From the NCBI GenBank assembly GCA_000146465.1, contig CP001950.1: a DNA stretch of 64,000 nt. One strand, given 5' to 3'. The position numbers were made by a program, and so were the translations under genes. Below the pieces are notes generated by a model. The model was not told the origin of the DNA. It worked only from the letters and a program-made list of their open reading frames with translations, and did no database searches. Position 1 is the first letter of the stretch. The number at the start of each line of letters is the position of its first letter. This document shows, in pieces, positions 29,525 to 37,612 of the stretch.

Positions 29525-30760
29525 TTATTTACTTGTGAATGGGAATTCGACAGGTTTTAGAATCAGGCCTATGAGTATTGCAAAAATGAAGATAGCAATA
29601 GGAAGCGTCATATGAAGGATATTGTATCTTCCGGACATTCTATGTACTCCAACAAAACCATCAAAAGAGGAGAAATAAACCGATTCGTTCATAAACCCTA
29701 CTCCCGTTATTGGAACATTGTAAACTTTTTTTCTCCCACTTAGAACACATTTGTTGAATAGGTAGATGTAACCATCTGCGGTTCCAACAACCGTCCACTG
29801 GCCTTCACACGACATTGTTGTGATTTTTGGGATGCTGTAGATCTTTTCGTGCACCTCCTGAAAGTACAGCTTGGAATCCTTTCCCTTTAAGTAATAAACA
29901 AGCATTTCATTGTTGTGAGCTATTCTCCCAATCTCCTTTTCATAGGAATACTTTTTGGAATTGTATACAAAAGTGTATCCTCCATCTTCGTAAACAATCT
30001 TATGGACTAATCCTCTAGTTATGAAAAATCCTTCCCAGTTGTTAGCTATGTCAGACTTTCCTTCCTCTCTCTTGAAAATAATCCTTCTATCCTTCCTGAA
30101 AGGTCTGTATGTATACTCTTCATGAGACTCATCATTGAGCAAGGATCCATTTACTTTTTTTCTTTTCCTTTCAGGTTTCAGCACCTCATCTAATGAATCT
30201 GGAGAACTTACCACATCATGGAATCCATACAGCTTTTTATCACTAATGATATATAAATCCTTGGCAAATACTTGGGAAGATATCTTTTTCTTTACTCTTT
30301 TGATAAGCGTGAGATTGCTGCCATCAAATATTAACAAGTAGAAGAATTCTTCCCCTAGGGCAGTAATATAAAGTTTCGAACAATCATCTTCTGTTTTGTT
30401 TTTTGTGTCTTTGTTATCTGGAACCAAGTCTTTACAACCTGAATTATCTTCCGAAGAGTCCTTATTGCTGGCACCTTCTATATCCTCTGAACTCCGAGCA
30501 GAGGAAGAAAGGCTTGCCTCATCATATTCATCCCATGACATATCATCCTCTCCTACCTGAAGAAATTCATCTTTGGTGTTGCAGACCGCTATATCCACAA
30601 TAATTTCGTCTGTTGAATAATAGGCCAGCTCTTTGAAGCGAAAACTCTCCAGAACCTTAACTCCATTGGACTTTCCAAATTCCTTTTCTCCCCCTCCTCC
30701 TCCTACAATAACAAATTCTCCCTTTACTTGCAATGTGAATACAGGAAAAGAAACCTTCAT
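29525..30760 (-). CDS. SEC12: Sec12/PREB-family guanine-nucleotide exchange factor for Sar1, a type II ER membrane WD protein
   Basis: The N-terminus, VFTLQVKGEFVIVGGGGGEKEFGKSNGVKVLESF, parallels human PREB [34 protein letters not shown]. A single C-terminal TM helix is present (LPIAIFIFAILIGLIL). Confidence 0.5.
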   Translation of the reverse strand: MKVSFPVFTLQVKGEFVIVGGGGGEKEFGKSNGVKVLESFRFKELAYYSTDEIIVDIAVCNTKDEFLQVGEDDMSWDEYDEASLSSSARSSEDIEGASNKDSSEDNSGCKDLVPDNKDTKNKTEDDCSKLYITALGEEFFYLLIFDGSNLTLIKRVKKKISSQVFAKDLYIISDKKLYGFHDVVSSPDSLDEVLKPERKRKKVNGSLLNDESHEEYTYRPFRKDRRIIFKREEGKSDIANNWEGFFITRGLVHKIVYEDGGYTFVYNSKKYSYEKEIGRIAHNNEMLVYYLKGKDSKLYFQEVHEKIYSIPKITTMSCEGQWTVVGTADGYIYLFNKCVLSGRKKVYNVPITGVGFMNESVYFSSFDGFVGVHRMSGRYNILHMTLPIAIFIFAILIGLILKPVEFPFTSK

Positions 30761-30817
30761 TTAATGGGTTACGAAAAGGTAAATAAAAACCTTCGAAATA
30801 TCTTTAATTTCCTACCA

Positions 30818-31633
30818 TCAGATCCCTAGAATACAGCTTCTGATCCTCTCTTTTATTGAGCTAAGGATGGGCCCATCTACCTTCCCATTCTGAATAGGAA
30901 TTTCAATAGCATTCCAGTTCCTCATATAAATACTGCTTGTCATCCCTCTTTTTACAAAGCAAAACGTCGGTATAGAGTTAAATATCTCTCCCACATCCTT
31001 TATATTCCATCTGCTTACTTGCCACTTGGTTCCATCAAGAAATATACATACAACCTTTTTCCAATCCTCAGACGTAAATCTTCCTACATCGTCCACTGCA
31101 ACAACTCCAAATCCTTCAATCTTCAGTTCTACCTTCTCGGCTTCACTGATGCTAATCTCATCGGAACATATTCCCTTCTCAAAGAACTCCTTAACGTTGC
31201 TTAGATTTACGGGAGAAGAAACCGATTGCGGAACTATGGCATAGTAGGTCACTGGTCTCCCTTCTTCCTCTTTCTTGCAAATGTTATTTAAATAGCTATA
31301 ATCCCGGAATCCAATGTATCGGAAGTCCGGTCCATCAATCTTGGCTTCAATAGATGCTTCCTTAAAGTTTTCAATCTCCTCTACAATAATCTTTTGGTCC
31401 GTATAATATATCTTTCCTATTCCACTTTCCTTGCACAACGTCATATACGCCGTGTACTTCTTGTCTTTGTTCAGTAGATAGAACAAAACCTGCTCAAATG
31501 TATACTCCTTGGTTTCTGTTCCTTTAAATTTGATGGTCTGTTTAGGGGAAATCTTTCTTCCCCCGATAGTTATTTCTTCGGGATTCATTTGGCATATGCT
31601 GGGATCCCTGAGTGCCCTCTTCAGTAGATCCAT
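30818..31633 (-). CDS. CDC73: Paf1-complex subunit Cdc73/parafibromin, shortened
   Basis: The N-terminal block EYTFEQVLFYLLNKD resembles the Cdc73 EYYTLDSILFLLNN. The C-terminal block WKKVVCIFLDGTKWQVSRWNIK...IFNSIPTFCF resembles the Cdc73 C-domain [21 protein letters not shown]...IF..I..FHLK. Confidence 0.5.
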   Translation of the reverse strand: MDLLKRALRDPSICQMNPEEITIGGRKISPKQTIKFKGTETKEYTFEQVLFYLLNKDKKYTAYMTLCKESGIGKIYYTDQKIIVEEIENFKEASIEAKIDGPDFRYIGFRDYSYLNNICKKEEEGRPVTYYAIVPQSVSSPVNLSNVKEFFEKGICSDEISISEAEKVELKIEGFGVVAVDDVGRFTSEDWKKVVCIFLDGTKWQVSRWNIKDVGEIFNSIPTFCFVKRGMTSSIYMRNWNAIEIPIQNGKVDGPILSSIKERIRSCILGI

Positions 31634-31754
31634 TCAAAAGGGCACTTTCTCAAAGCTTTTTATTTAAGACCTATCCTTGAACATTCCAAGCTGAAGTATC
31701 TCCAAGTTAAAGTATTTTATTGCTAGGAGTCCGGAACAAAAGGCCTGGAAAGCA

Positions 31755-33410
31755 TCATGCCCTGTTTCTTAAACTTCTGTTTACAAAATAATCGTCCAGA
31801 ACTTCCCCATCAACAACCCCACGATCCTTTAGTTCTAAAACACGGCTGTGGAACATCTCTAGATTAAAGGGAGGATCTATAAACAGATTGCTGAGAAGCC
31901 TTACAAATGTAATGGCTTCCTTTTTATCCTGGGGAGTAAATGTAGGTAGAAAAGAGAGGTCAAAGCTGTATTTATGGACCATAAAGTATCTTATAAGGTC
32001 CAATGCCATAAACATTAGGCCGTTCTCAATCAGCTTTTCTATCTCTTCCTCAACCTTGCCATTGTCGGCTATCTTCGGCCTTTCAAGGTTATCAAGAATA
32101 TATGGATACAGATACCCATGATCGTCTTTGACTCTGTTCAACATATTCTTGATACCTTCTACATTAATTCTTGAATACGTTTTAAACTCTCTGGCCGAAG
32201 TAAAATTCTTCTTGATGAAATCGACGATATCATCTCGGAACTCATCCCGAAGCTTATTTTTACTTAGGAACTTCTCGGCAACTTCATAAACATTTTCATC
32301 ATTGTTGAATGAAAGGGTATAATACTTGTTTTCTAGCTCAACCTGGAATGTGTTGTCGTGAGGTTTGATTCCTTCTCCCTTACCGAGAAAAACCCATTCT
32401 CCATTAATCTCTTGATATACAGATCCATCAGTCACCCGGAACTTCTGTCCATCTGATATAAACTCTCCATCTTTTAATGGCGCTTCTTTGCTATTTCTAA
32501 TCTCTTCTAGAATCCTAGAGGCCTCGTCAGAGATATCTGAAGAGTACACATACAGCCTTCCATCACTTCCCCCAACATATACTCTACCTTTCCATCCAAG
32601 GACAGCCCAGCATGATGTTGTAGGCACTAGTATCTCCTGAACTAGCTTAAGATCTTCATTAAGTATTACAACTTTTCCATTCTCTCCTGCACATATAATC
32701 AGGTCACTATCTCCGTTTGTACAGGAAGATATAGTATACATAAAGTCTTTTGCAGAGTAATGCTTTAAAATCCTTCCGTCCAATGATATCTTGAGAATCA
32801 TCCCTTCATTGTCGACAGAAATAATGCTTTTATGTAAAAGAGCAACTCCTCGGACATATGAAAGGTTATAGTTAAACGTACAAGCCAGAGTCCCATTCTT
32901 AAAAACTCTTACCAACTTGTCGCTACAACCTGTTACAACTGTGTTTTCATTGACAAACTTAGCACTCCAGACAACTGCAGGATGTGGTATCTTCTGTACT
33001 ATAGTTACGTTCCCGTTAAGTATATGCTTTGTAGTCCAGATAATGGCTGAGCAATCCCATGAACTAGAAACAACAAGATCCCCTACTGTATCTAAACAGC
33101 ACACGTTGGAGGAATGCTCCTTTATCAATCTCATAGGCTCAACCTTCTGTTCTTCTTTCTGGGCCCCCAGTTCATCCATAGAATACATAACTATACACCC
33201 GTTCTGGCATCCGACAAATAAAAATCCGTTTCCAGTCGTGATACAATTGATATATCCCTGCCCAGGCTTAATTTCTGCCCAACAACCAAGTTCATAGCCA
33301 TAGATTCTTATCACTCCCTCCCGTCCTCCTGTTATAATCATCTCATCGTTTACAAAGAGCGCCTTAACATCGGAGTTGCTAATCTTTTCGATTTTCTCTA
33401 TTCCTATCAT
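31755..33410 (-). CDS. DOA1: Doa1/Ufd3/PLAA (WD40-PFU-PUL), a ubiquitin-binding Cdc48 cofactor
   Basis: An N-terminal WD40 propeller is followed by a PFU domain (KDGEFISDGQKFRVTDGSVYQEINGEWVFLGKG...YYTLSFNNDENVYEVAEKFL) and a C-terminal PUL/ARM-like region. The track start is a TTG, and the first ATG gives a start at 33410. Confidence 0.65.
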   Translation of the reverse strand: MIGIEKIEKISNSDVKALFVNDEMIITGGREGVIRIYGYELGCWAEIKPGQGYINCITTGNGFLFVGCQNGCIVMYSMDELGAQKEEQKVEPMRLIKEHSSNVCCLDTVGDLVVSSSWDCSAIIWTTKHILNGNVTIVQKIPHPAVVWSAKFVNENTVVTGCSDKLVRVFKNGTLACTFNYNLSYVRGVALLHKSIISVDNEGMILKISLDGRILKHYSAKDFMYTISSCTNGDSDLIICAGENGKVVILNEDLKLVQEILVPTTSCWAVLGWKGRVYVGGSDGRLYVYSSDISDEASRILEEIRNSKEAPLKDGEFISDGQKFRVTDGSVYQEINGEWVFLGKGEGIKPHDNTFQVELENKYYTLSFNNDENVYEVAEKFLSKNKLRDEFRDDIVDFIKKNFTSAREFKTYSRINVEGIKNMLNRVKDDHGYLYPYILDNLERPKIADNGKVEEEIEKLIENGLMFMALDLIRYFMVHKYSFDLSFLPTFTPQDKKEAITFVRLLSNLFIDPPFNLEMFHSRVLELKDRGVVDGEVLDDYFVNRSLRNRA

Positions 33411-33482
33411 CAACCAGGGTATAAAAAGGTATGTTTAACTAAAGATCATGCCTATTCCGTAAATGGAATCAGATTTTTAATC

Positions 33483-34874
33483 CTAGTCTTTTATCCCATG
33501 CTTCTTTTTATGCTTTTCACTATATTTGTAATCAAAAAATAACTCTTCATTCTTATCTATATCTCTACTGGCATAGAATCCGATTCGCCTGATCCCATTC
33601 ACAAGCAGAACAAGTGCATTTAGGTTAGAATTTTTCTTCGAATGATTTATAAATCTAGACTCGTTTCCTATGAACCTGGAGTCGATGACATAGAGAGGAA
33701 CTCCTTCCCTACTGTACAGATCAAACAAGTATGAACATCCTTTCAAATCATAGAAAGTCCCTCTTCTTTCTGCTTCCTCGTTACTTATTATCTCTCCCAC
33801 ATACTCAATGATAAACTTTCCCTTGGATATCTTTTCCTTGGCAAACAGGCCATATCCTTCTATTTTGCTAGACGACACATATATTGGCGACTTCTTACCC
33901 AACTGTATATCTCTGTTTCCGCACTGGTTGCATGAACACGTCTGAATACATTCTCTCATTGCTTGTCTACATCTACATTTATTGTCGCATGCCGAAGAGC
34001 ATCTACATCCTATGAAGAAGTTTTTGCATCCCGCACAAAGACAAGACATTTCACAGTTGGTCTTGTTAGAGATGCATACACATCCATTCTCTTTAGTACA
34101 GTTTCCAGAATGGTCGCAAGGTGTAAAAAAGACATTGAAATCAACATTGTTCTTGCTCTTGCTTTCTATCAAATACTTGTGACGTCCTGGCGGAATAGCA
34201 CAAGAATCTTTTATTTTTGTACAAGGAATGTATTTCTTATACCTAAAGTAGAAAAGCAGGGAAGCTATACATTCATACCCTTGAGACTCCATACAGGCCT
34301 CATAAAGGGCGTTATAAGCATTAAAGTCAAGCTCTTCCTTAGTGGATTCCTTGCATGTGATTTTCATTTTCTTGCATATATCTCCACAGATGTCTCTAGC
34401 CTCTACAAATGCATTTGTTGGATTCTTCTCAAAACCTACAGGCTTTATGCAAATTCCTTCTGTCTTGGAGTGCCATCTACATCCAAAAATAAAGCATACA
34501 TTACAAAAGATTCTTCTCATTATTCGAAGTCCATCATCTTTAACACATTCCTCACGGAAACTTGATCTGTCCCAAACATCCAACTTCTTAGGAAGTGTCC
34601 CTTTAACAACTTCCTTATCATATGAATAGCATTTCTCTATAAATCCCGTGTTCTTGAATTCTGTGAGATTTATAAATCCTGAGGCACCCGGGATATATGG
34701 AATGAATCTTAAAATAGGATCATCCTCTGTTTTTATGCTTGTATTAGTAAAGGTAAAGAAAGTACTTCGAGTTTTTGGTTCTATTCTAGGAATCACTATC
34801 TTCTTAACGGAGGGATGGAAGCCGTTGGGTCTTAGATGGTTTTCGGTTGTTGGATTAGTGTTATTGCTTATCAT
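33483..34874 (-). CDS. EZH: Enhancer-of-zeste-like histone-lysine methyltransferase (CXC + SET; PRC2 catalytic-subunit type)
   Basis: The SET domain is nearly collinear with EZH2: GYGLFAKEKISKGKFIIEYVGEIISNEEAERRG...SRFINHSKKNSNLNALVLLVNGIRRIGFYASRDIDKNEELFFDYKYS, against EZH2 ...[33 protein letters not shown]...[45 protein letters not shown]. The preceding CXC block, CRCRQAMRECIQTCSCNQCG, matches the EZH2 CPCYLAVRECDPDLCLTCG. The track start is a TTG, and the first ATG is at 34874. Confidence 0.65.
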   Translation of the reverse strand: MISNNTNPTTENHLRPNGFHPSVKKIVIPRIEPKTRSTFFTFTNTSIKTEDDPILRFIPYIPGASGFINLTEFKNTGFIEKCYSYDKEVVKGTLPKKLDVWDRSSFREECVKDDGLRIMRRIFCNVCFIFGCRWHSKTEGICIKPVGFEKNPTNAFVEARDICGDICKKMKITCKESTKEELDFNAYNALYEACMESQGYECIASLLFYFRYKKYIPCTKIKDSCAIPPGRHKYLIESKSKNNVDFNVFFTPCDHSGNCTKENGCVCISNKTNCEMSCLCAGCKNFFIGCRCSSACDNKCRCRQAMRECIQTCSCNQCGNRDIQLGKKSPIYVSSSKIEGYGLFAKEKISKGKFIIEYVGEIISNEEAERRGTFYDLKGCSYLFDLYSREGVPLYVIDSRFIGNESRFINHSKKNSNLNALVLLVNGIRRIGFYASRDIDKNEELFFDYKYSEKHKKKHGIKD

Positions 34875-35142
34875 CTTGGCCTCCAAAGCCCTTTTTTTCT
34901 TTTCAATCCTATATTTTTAAATCTTGGTACCTGGCTTGATGATGTCCTGCAAGGTAATTTGTTTGTGTTATCTCCAAGACCCATGGGAAACAAGAGACGG
35001 CCAAGCTTTGAACAGGAGTTTATTGACTCATTTGTAAGTGATGAAGTTATCAACTGGAAATTTGACCCAATTCTTCTCGATGGAGAGCTTAAGGCTCGTT
35101 TAAGCCAGGAATAGATATTAACTGCAAATTTTCCTCCCCAGA

Positions 35143-35538
35143 ATGCAAGTATCTACTTGGCCACTTCCTCCAAGATTCAAGAAGAAGGAACCGCCAAAAA
35201 TACCGTCCTCATACACAATCTTTGGTGTAGGATATAAGGTAGAAAACGGAGAGCCCACAAGCACTTCATTTTCTTCCGTAGAATTCGATAAAAGCAGACT
35301 CAAAGATCTTCTTAACCTTTCCTTTTCCACATTTGTTGAGCTGCTAACATTTCCTCTCGACCATCAAGAGCTTATAGAAACAATAGGTAGCATACATCTT
35401 GAAATTAACCAGATTCTCAACGGAGCTAAAAAGATGGAGGCTGTTTCTGAGATTAGAAGAATTAAGAATGATCATACAAGAAATAAAAACCGAATTGCCG
35501 AGGAGGTTAGAAGGGGAATATCCGACTTCAAGATATGA
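35143..35538 (+). CDS. Hypothetical small protein of 131 aa lying between the E(z)-like and EED-like genes; may include an upstream exon at 34939..35033 if the candidate intron is real
   Basis: ATG ORF in a 680-bp gap that is large by the standards of this locus. No family motif recognised. See the candidate-intron finding. Confidence 0.35.
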   Translation: MQVSTWPLPPRFKKKEPPKIPSSYTIFGVGYKVENGEPTSTSFSSVEFDKSRLKDLLNLSFSTFVELLTFPLDHQELIETIGSIHLEINQILNGAKKMEAVSEIRRIKNDHTRNKNRIAEEVRRGISDFKI

Positions 35539-35564
35539 GTTATGGAATCTCAATTCTTAGGATA

Positions 35565-36500
35565 TCAGGCAAGACTTAACACTCTAAAGAAAGAATCTTC
35601 AAAAAGAATAAACATTCTGTTTCTAATTACGCGGAAGTCCCGTATCTTTCCCTTCTTGGTTGATCTTAATATTGTTGATTGGGAAGTGAATCCAATATCA
35701 TTCATCTTGAACAGAATTATGTCCTGTGATTCTGTCACTGCCACTAGCATCCCATCGTCTATCTCGAATCCCCGCAATAGTTGGCCTTCAAACTTAACGC
35801 CTCCCACAAACTCGGTCCTTGATGTGGGTTCTACTTCCCCATATCTTGGAGAAATGATGTCGATTCTGCTTTCTCCAGAATAGAAAACCAGAAACTCTCT
35901 ATAGAACCGAACACATTGAATGGGAAATTTATGGATCCTTGGCGATAAATAAATGGGTGCTACACATTGAAACTTGTTCAAGGAGGAAGGAATCCTCCAA
36001 ACTCTTATTGAGCAGTCTGTTCCACCAGACGCCAGATACCTCAAGTCATCACTTACATCGATAGACAAGACATGGTCTCTATGGCCTGTGTAGCCTCCAA
36101 AGACACAGACACACTTTAGTTCCGAGACGTCCCACATCTTTATTGTTGTATCTTCACTACAGCTCAACAGATACTCATCCTTATATCTTTTTATCGAGAA
36201 AATTATCCCTCCATGGGCCTGAATATATCCAACAAATGTCCCTTTCGATAGATTCAGGACTTTTATGATTCCAAGACTTCCGCCGAGTGCTAATAAGACA
36301 TCATTCTGTCTTATAAGAAACTCACTGCATTGAAAGTTCTCGTCTGGATGCTCATCGAGAACTCTTTGGACCATCCTGAGATCGTCGGCATATGATATAA
36401 TCACAGAGGTTCTTTTTCCAACCAGCGATACTATCTCATATTCATCGCAGATACTCATAAATTCAAGATATGCATTGGGTATTTCTATTGACAAAGCCAT
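35565..36500 (-). CDS. EED: EED/ESC-like WD40 protein (PRC2 core-subunit type)
   Basis: AHGGIIFSIKRYKDEYLLSCSEDTTIKMWDVSELKCVCVFGGYTGHRDHVLSIDVSDDLRYLASGGTDCSIRVWRI parallels EED GHGNAINELKFHP...[61 protein letters not shown]. Start is ATG. Confidence 0.55.
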   Translation of the reverse strand: MALSIEIPNAYLEFMSICDEYEIVSLVGKRTSVIISYADDLRMVQRVLDEHPDENFQCSEFLIRQNDVLLALGGSLGIIKVLNLSKGTFVGYIQAHGGIIFSIKRYKDEYLLSCSEDTTIKMWDVSELKCVCVFGGYTGHRDHVLSIDVSDDLRYLASGGTDCSIRVWRIPSSLNKFQCVAPIYLSPRIHKFPIQCVRFYREFLVFYSGESRIDIISPRYGEVEPTSRTEFVGGVKFEGQLLRGFEIDDGMLVAVTESQDIILFKMNDIGFTSQSTILRSTKKGKIRDFRVIRNRMFILFEDSFFRVLSLA

Positions 36501-36524
36501 AGGGTATTTAGAAAAATGTAACCA

Positions 36525-37355
36525 TCAGCATTCTGTATCAAAAATATAAAATCCTTGGAGATCAATCGATACCGGTGTCCACCCGGGAATCTCCAGATCT
36601 TTGTTCACCACTGTTACAAGATGACCTCCGCATCCTGCTCCTGTTATCTTTACTTCAACTCCTATATCCCTCATCCTTCTCACCACCTCCCTCATCTCTC
36701 TAGGACAAACTCCCAGCTCATCTAAGAGGTCCTGGCTTTTCCTTATGAGCTTATACAATTCTTCCAAAGTAAATTCTCTTTGAAGTAGCCAATATGCTTC
36801 TTCAGAAATCTTCCCTATTTCATCATACAATTCCTTCTTAAGTTCCCCCACCTGGATGGCAGACTGGGTATTCTTAGGTATTCTGCTATTGAAGATAAGT
36901 ATCTTGAATCGGGAAAGATGGCGAGTCGAGAGCTTCTGCACATTACCCTGTTTAAAAGAGATCAAACCTCCTGTATAACAAGCCAAGACATCAACGCCAG
37001 ACGCCTTTCCATGAAACATATTTTCTATTGCAAGGGCCTCTCTTGTCATCTTCGAATCTTGGACTCTCCCATATGACAGTAGGAGAGACACTGCAGCACT
37101 TGTTCCTAGCCCACATCCCAGAGAAGCTTCCAAGAAGAGAATTGCATCTGATCCAGGAATGCTACATTTGTACTTTTCGATTAGGTCAATATAATTTCCC
37201 TCGCCATCAATAACAACAGCCTTATCCCTTGGAGAGGGTTTCATAGCCAGATATCCATATATCTTTATGGAAATAGCCAGGCATCTTGCTCCCGACAAAA
37301 CACCATGCTCACCAAATAGTATTACTTTCAAAGGAGATCTAGCCAAGTAAGCCAT
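36525..37355 (-). CDS. ERG12: Mevalonate kinase (GHMP kinase), shortened
   Basis: Three blocks match MVK: PLKVILFGEHGVL against GKVILHGEHAVV; the GHMP ATP motif GCGLGTSAAV; and HGKASGVDV with KITGAGCGG against HGNPSGVDN and KLTGAGGGG. Confidence 0.65.
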   Translation of the reverse strand: MAYLARSPLKVILFGEHGVLSGARCLAISIKIYGYLAMKPSPRDKAVVIDGEGNYIDLIEKYKCSIPGSDAILFLEASLGCGLGTSAAVSLLLSYGRVQDSKMTREALAIENMFHGKASGVDVLACYTGGLISFKQGNVQKLSTRHLSRFKILIFNSRIPKNTQSAIQVGELKKELYDEIGKISEEAYWLLQREFTLEELYKLIRKSQDLLDELGVCPREMREVVRRMRDIGVEVKITGAGCGGHLVTVVNKDLEIPGWTPVSIDLQGFYIFDTEC

Positions 37356-37420
37356 CCCAGGTAGGGGCCCTAGAGGTTTGAATAATTAGGGTTAGAGTCA
37401 TTCCTTGCTTGGAAAGGAGA

Positions 37421-37492
37421 TTCCTACTGGTCTAGCGGTTAGGATGTCTGCCTTTCAAGCAGGAGGTGGGGGTTCGATTCCCCCGTAGGGAA
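37421..37492 (+). tRNA. tRNA-Glu (anticodon UUC)
   Basis: Cloverleaf: acceptor TTCCTAC/GTAGGGA with a G-U pair at 2:71; A box TGGTCTAGCGGTTAGG; anticodon stem TCTGC/GCAGG with loop CTTTCAA; B box and T arm GGGGGTTCGATTCCCCC; discriminator A. A T6 run follows at 37496-37501. Confidence 0.85.
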
Positions 37493-37612
37493 TTCTTTTT
37501 TGTTTAAGAAAAAAAGATCAAGCATATCAAAAAACATATATAAATCCAATTTATTTCGATAGAGAGCTTTTTCATTCCTAGAAGTAAAAGAGTAACTGAT
37601 TCAAACACATAT

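Noticed and set aside
34836-35114. The frame-0 ORF (MGNKRRPSFEQEFIDSF...) as an independent gene between the PRC2-type genes
   Set aside because: Its 5' part overlaps the E(z)-like gene start on the other strand and it has no recognisable motif. Only the region from 34939 is considered, and in a different frame, under the candidate-intron hypothesis.
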